This document shows positions 18,935 through 28,721 of a DNA stretch of 64,000 nt, one piece after another. Within the stretch, counting starts at the first letter, position 1, and the number at the start of each line of letters is the position of its first letter. The DNA lies in assembly GCA_966243015.1 (NCBI GenBank), contig CBIMES010000001.1, positions 362,076 to 426,075 of the forward strand. Reading direction: 5' to 3'. The translations under genes were made by a program, and so were the position numbers. This stretch comes from an uncultured bacterium. GTDB taxonomy: Bacteria > Patescibacteriota > Minisyncoccia > Phycocordibacterales > UBA6065. The notes under the pieces were generated by a model. That model worked only from the letters and a program-made list of their open reading frames with translations. It had not been told where the DNA came from and searched no databases.

Positions 18935-21900
18935 TTACTCTGCTACCTCTGCGTCAGATGAGGCCTGTGCCGCAGTGACCGCCTCGACGATCTTGTTCTT
19001 GTTGCTTCCCTTGTATCCAGTACCTGCTGGGATGAGTCGTCCGATGATGACGTTCTCCTTGAGGCCAGTGAGCCTGTCCTCGGTTCCGCGGATCGCGGCC
19101 GAGATGAAGATTCGAGTGGTGTGCTGGAACGATGCCGCCGAGAGGAACGACTGTCGCGAGAGGGAGACCTCGGTGATACCCATCACCACAGACTCGCTGG
19201 TTGCGACCGCCTTCTCCTCGTCCTTGACTCGCGCGTTCTCCGCGTTGATGTCAGAGAGATTGACGACGTCGTTTGCCGAGAATCGGGTGTCGCCCGCCTC
19301 GATGATCCTGTTTCGAGAGAACATCTGCTTGACGATGATCTCGATGTGCTTTCGGGACACGGTCTCTCCCTGGAGCTCGTAGATCTTGCCGATCTCGTGG
19401 ATGATGTACTCCATCGCCTTCTCCTTGCCTCCGAACTCGAACACCTCGTCGATGTCCGCCGATCCGTCGGTGAGGAACTGGCCCTTGGTGACCTTGTCTC
19501 CCATCTTCACGAGCGCCATGCGGCGTGAGCTGAAGGTGTACTCCACCTCGCCCGCCTTCTTTGCCTTGCCCTTGTCCTCGAGCTCTGGGATGACGGTGAT
19601 GACCTTCTCCTTGCCGAGGTCCTTGACCGATGCGACAACTCCGCTGACGGTCGCGACGACGGCTGGGTTCTTAGGGCGTCGCTTCTCGAAGACCTCCTCG
19701 ACTCGCGGAAGACCCGCGGTGATGTCTCCTCCGACCGACGCGGTACCTCCTGCGTGGAAGGTACGCATGGTGAGCTGGGTTCCCGGCTCTCCGATCGCCT
19801 GTGCGGCGACGGTTCCGACAGCCTCTCCGATGTCGATGAGGTGATTCTTTCCGAGGTCGAGTCCGTAGCACTGCTGGCAGACTCCTCCGACCGTCTTACA
19901 TGCGAGTGGCGACCTTACCTTGATCTCCGCGACGCCTGCGTTCTCGATCTTCTGGGCATCCTGCTTCGAGAGGAGGTCCCCCTTCTTGAAGAGCACGTTG
20001 CCGGCAGCGTCGACGACGTCTGCGCCGAGCACGCGTCCGCGGATCTTCTTGGCGATAGACACCTCGATGCCCGAGGCGCTCTCCTTCCTGATGACGATTG
20101 AGTCCTTGGTTCCGCAGTCAGCCTCGGTGACGATGACGTCCTGTGCGACGTCGAAGAGTCGTCGGGTAAGGTAACCTGCGCGAGCGGTGTTGAGCGCGGT
20201 GTCGGTGAGACCCTTTCGTGCACCGTGAGTGGTGATGAAGTACTCAATTGGGGTAAGTCCGTCCTTCATGCCCGAGATAATTGGGAACTCGATGGTCTCT
20301 CCCGAGGTAGAGGTGATGAGACCCTTCATTCCCACCATCTGGGTGATGTTTCCGATCGAACCTCGGGCTCCCGAGCGAACCATGTCGGTTACTGGGCCCT
20401 GTGGCTCGAGAGAGTCTGGGATGAGCTTCTCGATGTCTGACTTTGCCTTGTGCCAAATCTCGATGTTCTTGCGGATTCGCTCCTCCTCAGAGAGAAGTCC
20501 GTCGCCGAACTGGTCGTTGACCTTCTCCGACTCCTCCTTTGCCGCCGCGACGACTGCGCCCTTGCCCGCTGGCGTCTGAACGTCGTCGATACCCCAGGTG
20601 ACTCCCGAGTAGGTAGTGTAGGTGAAGCCGAACTTCTTGATGTCGTTGAGGATCGCTGGGACACGGTCAATCGAGTAGCGAACGATGAGGTCGTCCATAA
20701 TGCCGGCCATGGTCTTTCGCTCGATCTCCTTGTTGATGAATGGGTAATCCTCCGGGAGGATGTTATTGAAGAGGATTCGTCCGATGGTGGTCTCGAACAC
20801 CTTGCCTGCGAGCTCGCCGAACTTAGGAGTGTTCGGAGCGAGGACCTTGACGGCCGCTCGGTATGACACCTCCTTGAAGTCCGAGGCGAGAACCGCAGCC
20901 TCAGGAGACTCGAAGATCTTGCCTTCGCCCTGCTCGCCCTTCACTGACTTGGTCATCCAGTACACGCCGAGGATGATGTCGAGCATCTTGTTGGTAAGGG
21001 TAAGATCACCCGATCCTGGCTTGAGGATGTTCTTGTCTGCCGCCATGATCTCCTTTGCCTCCATCTGAGCCTCAGGAGAGAGCGGTACGTGAACCGCCAT
21101 CTGGTCTCCGTCGAAGTCTGCGTTGAAGGCAGAACATACGAGTGGGTGAACCTGGATAGCGTTACCCTCAATGAGCTTCGGTCGGAAGGCCTGGATACCG
21201 AGTCGGTGGAGCGTAGGTGCTCGGTTGAGGAGCACGTACTTTCCGTTGATGACCTCCTCAAGAATCGCCCACACCTCTGGAATGCTCTCCTCGATGAGTC
21301 GAGATGCGCCTCGGATGTTGTAGGCAAGCTCTCGCTTGAGGAGCTCGCTGATGACGAACGGCTTGAAAAGCTCGAGCGCCATGTGCTTTGGAAGACCACA
21401 CTGGTCGAGGGCGAGGTCTGGACCGACGACGATCACCGATCGTCCCGAGTAGTCCACTCGCTTACCGAGGAGGTTTCCTCGGAGGAGACCCTTCTTACCC
21501 TTGAGGTTGTCCGCAAGAGACTTGAGGGATCGCTTCTGGGCGACAGATCCCGCCGCGGTCGTCGAGTTGCCGTGTCGGATCGAGTTATCGATGAGGGCGT
21601 CCACTGCCTCCTGGAGGATTCGCTTCTCGTTTCGGAGGATGACGTCAGGCGCCATGATCTCCTTGAGCTTCTGGAGTCGGTTGTTTCGGTTGATGACACG
21701 TCGGTAAAGATCGTTGACGTCCGAGGTCGCGTATCGGCCTCCGTCGAGCGGAACCATAGGTCGGAGAGCGGGAGGAATGACAGGGATGCGCGAGAGGAAC
21801 ATCCACTCTGGGCGAATCTCGCTCTTGATCATCGATCGGACGATCGAGAGGCGTCGATTGAGCTTGTCCTTCTCGAGCGAGCCGGCCTTCTCGAGCTCGG

Positions 21901-22630
21901 TGAGGAGCTTTGCCTCAAGCTTCTTGAGGTCGAGTCCCTTGCAGATCTCGTAGATTGCCTCTGCACCGATGCCCGCGTCGAAGAGGGTCGCGTACTTCAT
22001 CGCGAACTTGCCGTACTCGATCTCGTCGAGGACGACGCCCTCCTGGATACCGTCAATCTCCTTCTTTGCGGTCGCGTACATGTTCTTGAGCGCCTCCTTG
22101 GTCTTCTCGTCGAGGGAAGACTTGAGCTTCGCCTTGAACTCAGACTCGAGGTCTCGCATGATGACAGCGCGAGCGTCCTCGTGCACCTTGGTGACGATGT
22201 AGCCGGCGAAGTAGATAACCTTCTCGAGGTCAGCGGTCGTCATGCCGAGGATAAGTCCGAGGCGCGACGGCATAGACCTGAGGAACCAGATGTGCGAGAC
22301 CGGGGTCGCGAGCTCGATGTGGCCCATGCGCTCTCGTCGAACGATGGATCGGGTGATCTCGACACCACACTTCTCGCAGACGATGCCCTTGTAGCGGATG
22401 CCGCGGTACTTACCGCAGTAGCATTCGTAGTCCTTGTCCGGACCGAAGATCTTCTCGTCGAAGAGACCGTTCTTCTCGGATCGCTGGGTTCGATAGTTGA
22501 TGGTCTCTGGCTTGGTGACCTCTCCGAATGACCACTCCTTGATGCGGTCTGGCGAGGCAAGTCGAAGACCGACGACGTCGAAGTCCATCGCCTCACCGCC
22601 AGCCTTGTTGTTCTTTGGTGTGTAAGCCAT
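18935..22630 (-). CDS. rpoC: DNA-directed RNA polymerase subunit beta'
   Basis: CxCGKY...CEKCGVE zinc site and the NADFDGDQMAVHVP catalytic motif. Confidence 0.97.
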   Translation of the reverse strand: MAYTPKNNKAGGEAMDFDVVGLRLASPDRIKEWSFGEVTKPETINYRTQRSEKNGLFDEKIFGPDKDYECYCGKYRGIRYKGIVCEKCGVEITRSIVRRERMGHIELATPVSHIWFLRSMPSRLGLILGMTTADLEKVIYFAGYIVTKVHEDARAVIMRDLESEFKAKLKSSLDEKTKEALKNMYATAKKEIDGIQEGVVLDEIEYGKFAMKYATLFDAGIGAEAIYEICKGLDLKKLEAKLLTELEKAGSLEKDKLNRRLSIVRSMIKSEIRPEWMFLSRIPVIPPALRPMVPLDGGRYATSDVNDLYRRVINRNNRLQKLKEIMAPDVILRNEKRILQEAVDALIDNSIRHGNSTTAAGSVAQKRSLKSLADNLKGKKGLLRGNLLGKRVDYSGRSVIVVGPDLALDQCGLPKHMALELFKPFVISELLKRELAYNIRGASRLIEESIPEVWAILEEVINGKYVLLNRAPTLHRLGIQAFRPKLIEGNAIQVHPLVCSAFNADFDGDQMAVHVPLSPEAQMEAKEIMAADKNILKPGSGDLTLTNKMLDIILGVYWMTKSVKGEQGEGKIFESPEAAVLASDFKEVSYRAAVKVLAPNTPKFGELAGKVFETTIGRILFNNILPEDYPFINKEIERKTMAGIMDDLIVRYSIDRVPAILNDIKKFGFTYTTYSGVTWGIDDVQTPAGKGAVVAAAKEESEKVNDQFGDGLLSEEERIRKNIEIWHKAKSDIEKLIPDSLEPQGPVTDMVRSGARGSIGNITQMVGMKGLITSTSGETIEFPIISGMKDGLTPIEYFITTHGARKGLTDTALNTARAGYLTRRLFDVAQDVIVTEADCGTKDSIVIRKESASGIEVSIAKKIRGRVLGADVVDAAGNVLFKKGDLLSKQDAQKIENAGVAEIKVRSPLACKTVGGVCQQCYGLDLGKNHLIDIGEAVGTVAAQAIGEPGTQLTMRTFHAGGTASVGGDITAGLPRVEEVFEKRRPKNPAVVATVSGVVASVKDLGKEKVITVIPELEDKGKAKKAGEVEYTFSSRRMALVKMGDKVTKGQFLTDGSADIDEVFEFGGKEKAMEYIIHEIGKIYELQGETVSRKHIEIIVKQMFSRNRIIEAGDTRFSANDVVNLSDINAENARVKDEEKAVATSESVVMGITEVSLSRQSFLSAASFQHTTRIFISAAIRGTEDRLTGLKENVIIGRLIPAGTGYKGSNKNKIVEAVTAAQASSDAEVAE

Positions 22631-22635
22631 AAATA

Positions 22636-25600
22636 TTATTTCTTGTTAGCGTCCTTAGTGTCCTTGCCGTCCTTCTTGAGCTCTACGTCGAGCGCGAGGC
22701 CTCGGAGGCTGTTAAGAAGTACGTTGAACGATGCGGGAAGGTTCGGTGGCTGAAGTCGCTCTCCCTTGACGATAGAGTCGAAGGTCGCCGATCGTCCCTG
22801 GATGTCGTCCGACTTGACGGTGAGAATCTCGCGGAGAGTGTGAGCCACGCCGTGACCGAGGAGCGCCCAGACTTCCATTTCTCCGAATCGCTGTCCACCT
22901 CCCTGCGCCTTTCCTCCGAGCGGCTGCTGGGTGATGAGAGAGTACGGTCCGATAGATCGCATGTGGATCTTGTCCTCCACCATGTGGTGAAGCTTGAGGA
23001 TGTACATGTATCCGACCGAGATGTCCTGCTGGAACTTGTCGCCGGTTCGTCCGTCGAAGAGGGTAATCTTTCCGTTCTCCGGGAGACCCGCCTTCTTGAG
23101 CTCGGCCTTAATCTCGACGTCAGTAGCGCCCGCGAACGGCGGAACGACTGCCTGATAGTTGAGGGTGTGGGCCGCGAGTCCGAGATGGAGCTCAAGGATC
23201 TGTCCGAGGTTCATTCGCGATGGAACTCCGAGCGGGGTGAGGATCACGTCGATCGGGGTACCGTCTGCCATGTATGGCATGTCCTCCTCGGGGAGAATCT
23301 TCGAGATAACTCCCTTGTTTCCGTGTCGTCCTGCGAGCTTGTCGCCGACGGATACGGTTCGGAGCTGCGCCACCTCTACGTGGATGCGCTTGATGATGCC
23401 GCTCTCGAGCTTGTCGCCCCTCTCTCGCGAGAAGACCTTCACGCTGATGACGCGACCGCGCTTGCCGCCTTCTACGCGCTTCGAGGTGTCCTTAACGTCG
23501 CGGGCCTTCTCTCCGAAGATAGATCGGAGGAGTCGCTCCTCAGGGGTGAGCTGAGTCTCGCCCTTCGGGGTGATCTTTCCGACGAGAATGTCGCCAGGTC
23601 GAACCTCCGCGCCGATGCGGATGATGCCGTCCTCGTCGAGGTTCTTGAGCTTTGCCTCGCCGACGTTCGGGATATCGTGGGTGGTGACCTCCGGTCCGAG
23701 CTTGGTGTCGCGGACGTTGACCACGAACTCCTCGATATGGATCGAGGTGAACTTCGAGTTCTTTACGACGCGCTCAGAGATGATGATTGCGTCCTCGTAG
23801 TTAGCTCCAGACCATGACATGAAGGCCACGAGCATGTTCTGTCCGAGGGCAATCTGACCGCCGTCAGACGACGATGCGTCGACGAGTACGTCGCCCTTCT
23901 TGACCTTCTGGCCGAGATTAACGACTGGTCGCTGATGGTATGAGGTGAAACCGTTCGTTCGCTGGAACGAGACGAGGTTGAAAGTGGTGTCCTTGCCCTT
24001 GTTGCTCTTGAAGATGACCTTCGAGGCGTCGACGAAGGTGATGACGCCGTCCTCTGGGGCGAGAACGATTCGTCCGGTGTACTCCGCCGCCTTTGCCTCG
24101 ATTCCAGTGGCGACGAGGGGAGCCTCAGGAATGATACATGGGGTAGCCTGCTTCTGCATGTTCGATCCCATGAGCGCTCGGTTGGCGTCGTCGTGGTTGA
24201 GGAACGGGATCATGTTCGTCGCGATCGAGAACGGCTGGTTCGTCGACACGTCGATGAAGTCCACCTCCTCGCGCTTGGTGAGCGACGGCGATCCGTTCTG
24301 TCGGACCTCGACTACGTCCTCGGTGATCTTGCCGTCCTTGTCGTATGCGGTCGCGGCGTGGGCGATCTTGTAGTTCTCCTCCTCGAGGGCGTTGAGGAAG
24401 ACGATCTCCTTGGTGACCTTGCCCTTAACGACCTTAGCGTACGGGGTCTCGATCATGCCGAAGTCGTTGAGTCGAGCGTAGGTAGAAAGGCGAAGGATGA
24501 GTCCGATGTTCGGGCCTTCTGGGGTGTGGATCGGGCAGAGTCGTCCGTAGTGGGAAGGATGGACGTCTCGAACCTCAAAGCCGGCTCGCTCTCGGGTAAG
24601 ACCTCCTGGGCCGAGGGCCGAGAGGGTGCGGAGATGCTCGAGCTCGGTGAGGATGTTCTCCTGCTGCATGAACTGGGAGAGCTGGTTCGTGGTGAAGAAC
24701 TCCTTGAGTCGCGCCTGGAGCGGTCGTGGGGATACGAACGTGAGAGGCTGCGTGGTGTCAGGCTCGATGGTGGACATTCGGTCCTGGATGTTTCGCTTCA
24801 TCTGAGAGAGGCCTACGCGGAGCTTCTGCTGCATGAGCTCGCCGCAGTACCTTACGCGGCGCGATCCGAGGTGATCAATGTCGTCCTCGACAGCGTCGAG
24901 CTTGTTGTTGAGGTGGACGATGTTACCGAGGATGGTAGCAAGGTCGTCGGCGTTGATGGTCTTTCGCTCGAGGTCCTTCTCCTCCATAGACTTTCCGAAG
25001 CGCTTGTTGAAGCGGAATCGACCGACTCGGGAGAGGTCGTATCGATCAGCGGCAAAGAGGCCGTCGATGAACTCGCGGGCATTGTCCGCGGTAGCGAGGT
25101 CGCCGTCGCGGAGGCGCTTGTGGATCTCGATGTATGCCTCGTTCACCGTCTTGGCGGTGTCCTTGGCGAGAGATGCTGCGATTACCTTGCGAGCAACCTC
25201 GTCATTCTTGAAGTACGCGAGAATCTCCTCGTCAGTCTTCGCGCCGAGGACACGAAGGAGCGAGGTGACCATGAACTTTCGCTTTCGATCGATTCGGGCG
25301 AAGAGTGTGCCGTCGGTGTCGGTCTCGATCTCGAGCCACACGCCGCGGGCAGGGATGACCTTGGCGCCGAAGACGGTCTTGGTCTTTACCTCGTCAGAGG
25401 TGAAGAACACGCCGAAAGAGCGGGCGAGCTGGGGGACGATGACTCGCTCGATGCCGTTGATGATGAAGGTTCCGTGATCGGTCATCAGGGGGAAGTCGGC
25501 GAGGAAGATCTCCTGCTCCTTCTCCGAGTTGAACATCTTGTTCTTGAGCTTGATGCGAACCTTGAGGGGGGCCTCATAGGAAAGCTTGTTCGCCTTGGCG

Positions 25601-25815
25601 AAGTGCTCGTCGTGCTTTGCGGCGGCGAGCTCAAAGCCGGTGAACGAAAGCTCGAACTTCTTCTCTGAATAATCCTTGATAGGAGAAAACTCCTTGAAGA
25701 GGTCAGTGAGACCCTTCTCGACGAGCCACTTGAAGGACTCGGTCTGGGCGTCTACGAGATTCGGGATCTCGGAAAGCGCCTCTTTGTATCGTCCGAAAAA
25801 TTTCTGTGTGCGCAT
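22636..25815 (-). CDS. rpoB: DNA-directed RNA polymerase subunit beta
   Basis: Full beta-subunit homology. Start set at the ATG at 25815 (MRTQKFFGRYKEAL), because the GTG extension to 25896 has low GC3. Confidence 0.95.
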   Translation of the reverse strand: MRTQKFFGRYKEALSEIPNLVDAQTESFKWLVEKGLTDLFKEFSPIKDYSEKKFELSFTGFELAAAKHDEHFAKANKLSYEAPLKVRIKLKNKMFNSEKEQEIFLADFPLMTDHGTFIINGIERVIVPQLARSFGVFFTSDEVKTKTVFGAKVIPARGVWLEIETDTDGTLFARIDRKRKFMVTSLLRVLGAKTDEEILAYFKNDEVARKVIAASLAKDTAKTVNEAYIEIHKRLRDGDLATADNAREFIDGLFAADRYDLSRVGRFRFNKRFGKSMEEKDLERKTINADDLATILGNIVHLNNKLDAVEDDIDHLGSRRVRYCGELMQQKLRVGLSQMKRNIQDRMSTIEPDTTQPLTFVSPRPLQARLKEFFTTNQLSQFMQQENILTELEHLRTLSALGPGGLTRERAGFEVRDVHPSHYGRLCPIHTPEGPNIGLILRLSTYARLNDFGMIETPYAKVVKGKVTKEIVFLNALEEENYKIAHAATAYDKDGKITEDVVEVRQNGSPSLTKREEVDFIDVSTNQPFSIATNMIPFLNHDDANRALMGSNMQKQATPCIIPEAPLVATGIEAKAAEYTGRIVLAPEDGVITFVDASKVIFKSNKGKDTTFNLVSFQRTNGFTSYHQRPVVNLGQKVKKGDVLVDASSSDGGQIALGQNMLVAFMSWSGANYEDAIIISERVVKNSKFTSIHIEEFVVNVRDTKLGPEVTTHDIPNVGEAKLKNLDEDGIIRIGAEVRPGDILVGKITPKGETQLTPEERLLRSIFGEKARDVKDTSKRVEGGKRGRVISVKVFSRERGDKLESGIIKRIHVEVAQLRTVSVGDKLAGRHGNKGVISKILPEEDMPYMADGTPIDVILTPLGVPSRMNLGQILELHLGLAAHTLNYQAVVPPFAGATDVEIKAELKKAGLPENGKITLFDGRTGDKFQQDISVGYMYILKLHHMVEDKIHMRSIGPYSLITQQPLGGKAQGGGQRFGEMEVWALLGHGVAHTLREILTVKSDDIQGRSATFDSIVKGERLQPPNLPASFNVLLNSLRGLALDVELKKDGKDTKDANKK

Positions 25816-26100
25816 GTATTCTGCCTGGTAAAAATTTCCCCGTTTTTCCCCTCTCCTTCCCGCTTTACCCCTGACTTTCTCCCGAAAGTTATCCACAGAC
25901 GCCGAAAACGCAAAAATGGCCCATGTGAAGGCCGTGGTTTCGTTTAAGGCAGTCTATGCGTGGTTTGGCAAGATAAAGAGTCGAAAAACCCTTGTAAATA
26001 CTTCGTGTTTCCCCCGTAACACAATCTTGCTCGAAGTGGTGTAGATACTATAGCAAAAGGGGCCTCGAGTCAATGACCCTCCCGCTACCGCATGACGGGG

Positions 26101-26130
26101 CCCAAACGAAAAGCCGCCTTTCGGCGGCTC
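26101..26130 (-). terminator. intrinsic terminator after trmD (agccgcc-gaaa-ggcggct + TTTCGTTT on the minus strand)
   Basis: hairpin followed by a U-run. Confidence 0.5.
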
Positions 26131-26143
26131 ACGTCTGACCAGA

Positions 26144-26827
26144 CTACGCCTTCCTCCCCCGCCTCCACTCGTCGATAAGCTTGTGATTGCCCGAAAGCAG
26201 CACCTTTGGCACACGGTAGTTCTTGCCCTTGTACGTCACGACCTCTGGTCGAGTATACGAGTCAGGGCTCGAGATGCGCTCCTCCTCGCGGGAGTCGAAA
26301 TTGCCCAGAATCCCCTCGACCTGCCGCGAGATTGAGTCAATCATGATCATGGCCGGCAGCTCGCCTCCCGTGAGCACGAACGGGCCGACGGAGACGTCTT
26401 CCATGCGGAACATCTTCTTCACGCGGGCATCGATGCCCTCGTAACGGCCGCAGACGAAAATGATGTGGCCCGCCTTGCCGTACTTCTTGGCGGCTGTTTT
26501 TGCATACGCCGTGTCAAACTGCCCGCCTGACGGATTGAAGAAGACGATCTTGATGCTGCCTTTCTTGAAGCCCTTAGTTTTTTCCGCCGACTTCACGGCC
26601 TTCTCGATGGCCTTGGCAACAGGTAGAGCCTGAATGACCATGCCTGGTCCGCCACCGAACGGCTTGCGGTCGATGCGGTCCCACTTGTCCTCCGCAAAGT
26701 CGCGCGGGTTATAGAACCTCACGCGGATCTTCTTGTCCTCGATGGCGCGCTTCAAGATAGACTCGCCGAGATACGAGTCAAATGCGCCGGGAAATAGGGT
26801 TACGACGTGAAAAGTCATAGTTGACAC
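26144..26827 (-). CDS. trmD: tRNA (guanine37-N1)-methyltransferase
   Basis: TFHVVTLFPGAF and PFGGGPGMV motifs. Confidence 0.9.
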   Translation of the reverse strand: MSTMTFHVVTLFPGAFDSYLGESILKRAIEDKKIRVRFYNPRDFAEDKWDRIDRKPFGGGPGMVIQALPVAKAIEKAVKSAEKTKGFKKGSIKIVFFNPSGGQFDTAYAKTAAKKYGKAGHIIFVCGRYEGIDARVKKMFRMEDVSVGPFVLTGGELPAMIMIDSISRQVEGILGNFDSREEERISSPDSYTRPEVVTYKGKNYRVPKVLLSGNHKLIDEWRRGRKA

Positions 26828-26883
26828 ACTACCAAAAAATAGGTTTTATGCAAACCTTGGACGAGAGCGCCGAGCGGCGAACC

Positions 26884-27264
26884 CTACGTAAAAAGCTCCT
26901 TGAGGGCGACCTCCCTGTTTCGTCTGCCCCAGCCCGAGCAGTAGCCAACAATCTTCTGACCGAGCTCCCTCCTAATGGGCAGATCGCGCTTGAGGCCGCG
27001 CACATGCTCGATGTCCCCTTCGTAGAGGCTCGAGACCACAGCCTGCTGCACCGTCTCGTCGAGCATGTCCTGGGGCAGGAGGAAGTACTTGTTGATCTCC
27101 TTTGCCACGGAGACCTTGCCCTGCTTGAGATTGACAATCATCGCCTGCCGCACGATTTCCATGATCTCGCCGCGCGTAGACGCGTCAGACTTCACGAGCT
27201 CGGCGCCGAGTTCCGAGGCCTTCTTGAAATTGCCCTTCTTGAGTTCCGCCGCTATCTCCTTCAT
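26884..27264 (-). CDS. hypothetical helical protein, in the position where rimM usually sits in the rpsP-KH-rimM-trmD cluster
   Basis: 126-aa K/E-rich ORF with no PRC-barrel signature. The opposite-strand ORF 26821..27279 was judged an artefact. Confidence 0.45.
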   Translation of the reverse strand: MKEIAAELKKGNFKKASELGAELVKSDASTRGEIMEIVRQAMIVNLKQGKVSVAKEINKYFLLPQDMLDETVQQAVVSSLYEGDIEHVRGLKRDLPIRRELGQKIVGYCSGWGRRNREVALKELFT

Positions 27265-27361
27265 GCGATATGTGTTTGAACTAGCTGTTAGGTAAAAAGT
27301 ATATCATGACCGTTCAAAGAAATGGTAAAGAAAATATAAAAACGGTAAAACCGAGCACAAT

Positions 27362-27390
27362 AAAAGGCTCACTGCAGTGAGCCTTTTATC
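27362..27390. terminator. bidirectional hairpin (aggctcactgcagtgagcct + TTTTAT)
   Basis: 8-bp stem flanked by T/A tracts. Confidence 0.5.
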
Positions 27391-27422
27391 TCCGCCCTGT
27401 TGAGCCGTGCGGCAGGGACGTA

Positions 27423-27737
27423 TTAGAGATTAAGGTCCGCCATCGCCTCGTCTACGGTCTTCGATGCCTTGGTCTCCTTCGGATCAGCGCCCGCAGGCTC
27501 GCTGATCTTGAGGTTCACGCGGGAGTTGTTTTTCATGCCCACGATGCGGAGGAGGGTTCGAATGGCCTTCGCGGTGTTGCCCTCGCGGCCGATGATCTTG
27601 CCCATGTCGGCAGGATTGACGTCGAGGGTCAGAAGCACGCCCATCTCGTCGACGGTGCGGTTGATCTTAACGTCGTTCGGGTTGTCCACGAGCGCCTTGA
27701 TGAGGAAATCCAGAAACTGAGCGTCCTTTTCCATCAT
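27423..27737 (-). CDS. KH-domain RNA-binding protein (YlqC/UPF0109 family)
   Basis: GKIIGREGNTAKAIRTLL KH motif. Confidence 0.8.
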   Translation of the reverse strand: MMEKDAQFLDFLIKALVDNPNDVKINRTVDEMGVLLTLDVNPADMGKIIGREGNTAKAIRTLLRIVGMKNNSRVNLKISEPAGADPKETKASKTVDEAMADLNL

Positions 27738-27856
27738 AAATTGAAAGTTGGTTAGCGGTGTAAAGCGAAGTGTATGACTTCTACAAACATTCTAGCATGT
27801 GTCAATAAAAAGAAAATTGCCCCTGTGGGCAATTTTCAGCCTGTGGCAGAGAGGCC

Positions 27857-28177
27857 TTAGGCAGCCGGGGTGGTGGCAGCAGGAGCCGCGCCCTCCTTGG
27901 CGATAGGCTTCTTCTTAGGAAGCTTGTTGACCTTCTTGCCGGAGATAATCTTCTTTCCTACGAGGAAGTTGTGGACAGTGTCCGAGACCTGGGCGCCCTT
28001 CGACATCCAGTGCTTGATGCGGTCGGCCTTTACCTCCTTAACCTCGTTCACAGGGTCGAACGTGCCGAGGATCTCGAGGAACTTGCCGCTCTTGGTTGAG
28101 TTCTTTGAATCGGTGAGAACCACGCGGAACGTAGGTACGTTCACTCGGCCCACTCGCTGAAGTCTGATTTTTAGCAT
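27857..28177 (-). CDS. rpsP: 30S ribosomal protein S16
   Basis: MLKIRLQRVGRVNVPTFRVVLTD. Start at the ATG at 28177, which sits 7 nt after a -10 box (leaderless). The ORF-track start at 28216 lies inside the promoter. Confidence 0.85.
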   Translation of the reverse strand: MLKIRLQRVGRVNVPTFRVVLTDSKNSTKSGKFLEILGTFDPVNEVKEVKADRIKHWMSKGAQVSDTVHNFLVGKKIISGKKVNKLPKKKPIAKEGAAPAATTPAA

Positions 28178-28184
28178 GTCACGC

Positions 28185-28213
28185 ATATTAGCAAACGTTT
28201 CAAAATACGTCAA
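28185..28213 (-). promoter_or_regulatory. sigma70-like promoter of rpsP (TTGACG-17-TAATAT)
   Basis: A -35 and -10 with a 17-nt spacer, with the ATG 7 nt downstream. Confidence 0.4.
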
Positions 28214-28221
28214 CAAAGCCT

Positions 28222-28262
28222 CGAACGAGGCCAGGAAGGCATTAAAAAGGCCCGCCAGCAGA
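28222..28262 (-). terminator. intrinsic terminator (ggcccgccaattctgctggcgggcc + TTTTT on the minus strand)
   Basis: hairpin followed by a U-run, downstream of the 28285..28611 gene. Confidence 0.5.
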
Positions 28263-28284
28263 ATTGGCGGGCCAATGAATCAGG

Positions 28285-28611
28285 CTACCGACGAAGGATG
28301 TCTTCGGTTCTGAGATGAATGTGCTGCACCGTGACAATATCCACGGGACCGCTGAGGGGCCCAGCATCCTTACGTTTCCGCTCATACAAAGCGAGAAAAT
28401 CAGGGTTCAACTCAGACAGCTGGGCGACGATAAGCGCGGGACAAGCGCCGTTAGTGAGGGGAATGAAGTTTATCCATGTCCCTGGCGCAAACAGATCGAC
28501 AAGCTCCGTGGGATTGAAGTCGAGCTTGATGACATCCGTCTGAATAATGGCCAAATGGCCGCACAGCTCGCCGCAGTGGCTAAAACACCTTACGAGAAAC
28601 GTATATTTCAT
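28285..28611 (-). CDS. hypothetical protein with a Cys-rich N-terminus (CFSHCGELCGH)
   Basis: Its own consensus promoter plus a palindrome sit upstream and a terminator sits downstream. GC3 is higher than that of the overlapping + ORF. Confidence 0.4.
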   Translation of the reverse strand: MKYTFLVRCFSHCGELCGHLAIIQTDVIKLDFNPTELVDLFAPGTWINFIPLTNGACPALIVAQLSELNPDFLALYERKRKDAGPLSGPVDIVTVQHIHLRTEDILRR

Positions 28612-28640
28612 TGTCGAGAAGAACGGATTGGTTGAGTTTG

Positions 28641-28699
28641 GGGAAACAACGTGTTTCCCTATTTGTTTTTACTTTACTTATAAAAATATAATATGTCAA
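28641..28699 (-). promoter_or_regulatory. promoter (TTGACA-17-TAAAGT) followed by a perfect 8-bp inverted repeat GGGAAACA-N3-TGTTTCCC at the TSS/5'UTR
   Basis: On the forward strand, tgtcaa lies at 28694-28699, acttta at 28671-28676 and the palindrome at 28641-28659. Confidence 0.4.
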
Positions 28700-28721
28700 T
28701 ACTCCCACCTGCCGCCACGTT

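Noticed and set aside
22683-25668. Numerous long + strand and out-of-frame ORFs within rpoB/rpoC (for example 22840..23817, 24193..25668, 21089..22531)
   Set aside because: These are alternative-frame artefacts of a high-GC coding region, with Arg/Ser/Leu/Asp-rich low-complexity translations and no independent signals.
22636-25896. GTG start of rpoB at 25896
   Set aside because: The 27 extra codons have about 46% GC3 versus about 72% after the ATG at 25815. Conserved RpoB N-terminal alignment begins at MRTQKFFGRYKEAL.
26821-27279. 152-aa + strand ORF overlapping the 126-aa minus gene
   Set aside because: It has a Leu/Arg-rich antisense-type composition and lies inside an otherwise minus-strand operon (rpsP-KH-X-trmD).
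28315-28635. 106-aa + strand ORF overlapping 28285..28611
   Set aside because: It has lower GC3 than the minus-strand ORF. The promoter, operator and terminator signals are oriented for the minus-strand gene. Retained only as an alternative in the corresponding finding.
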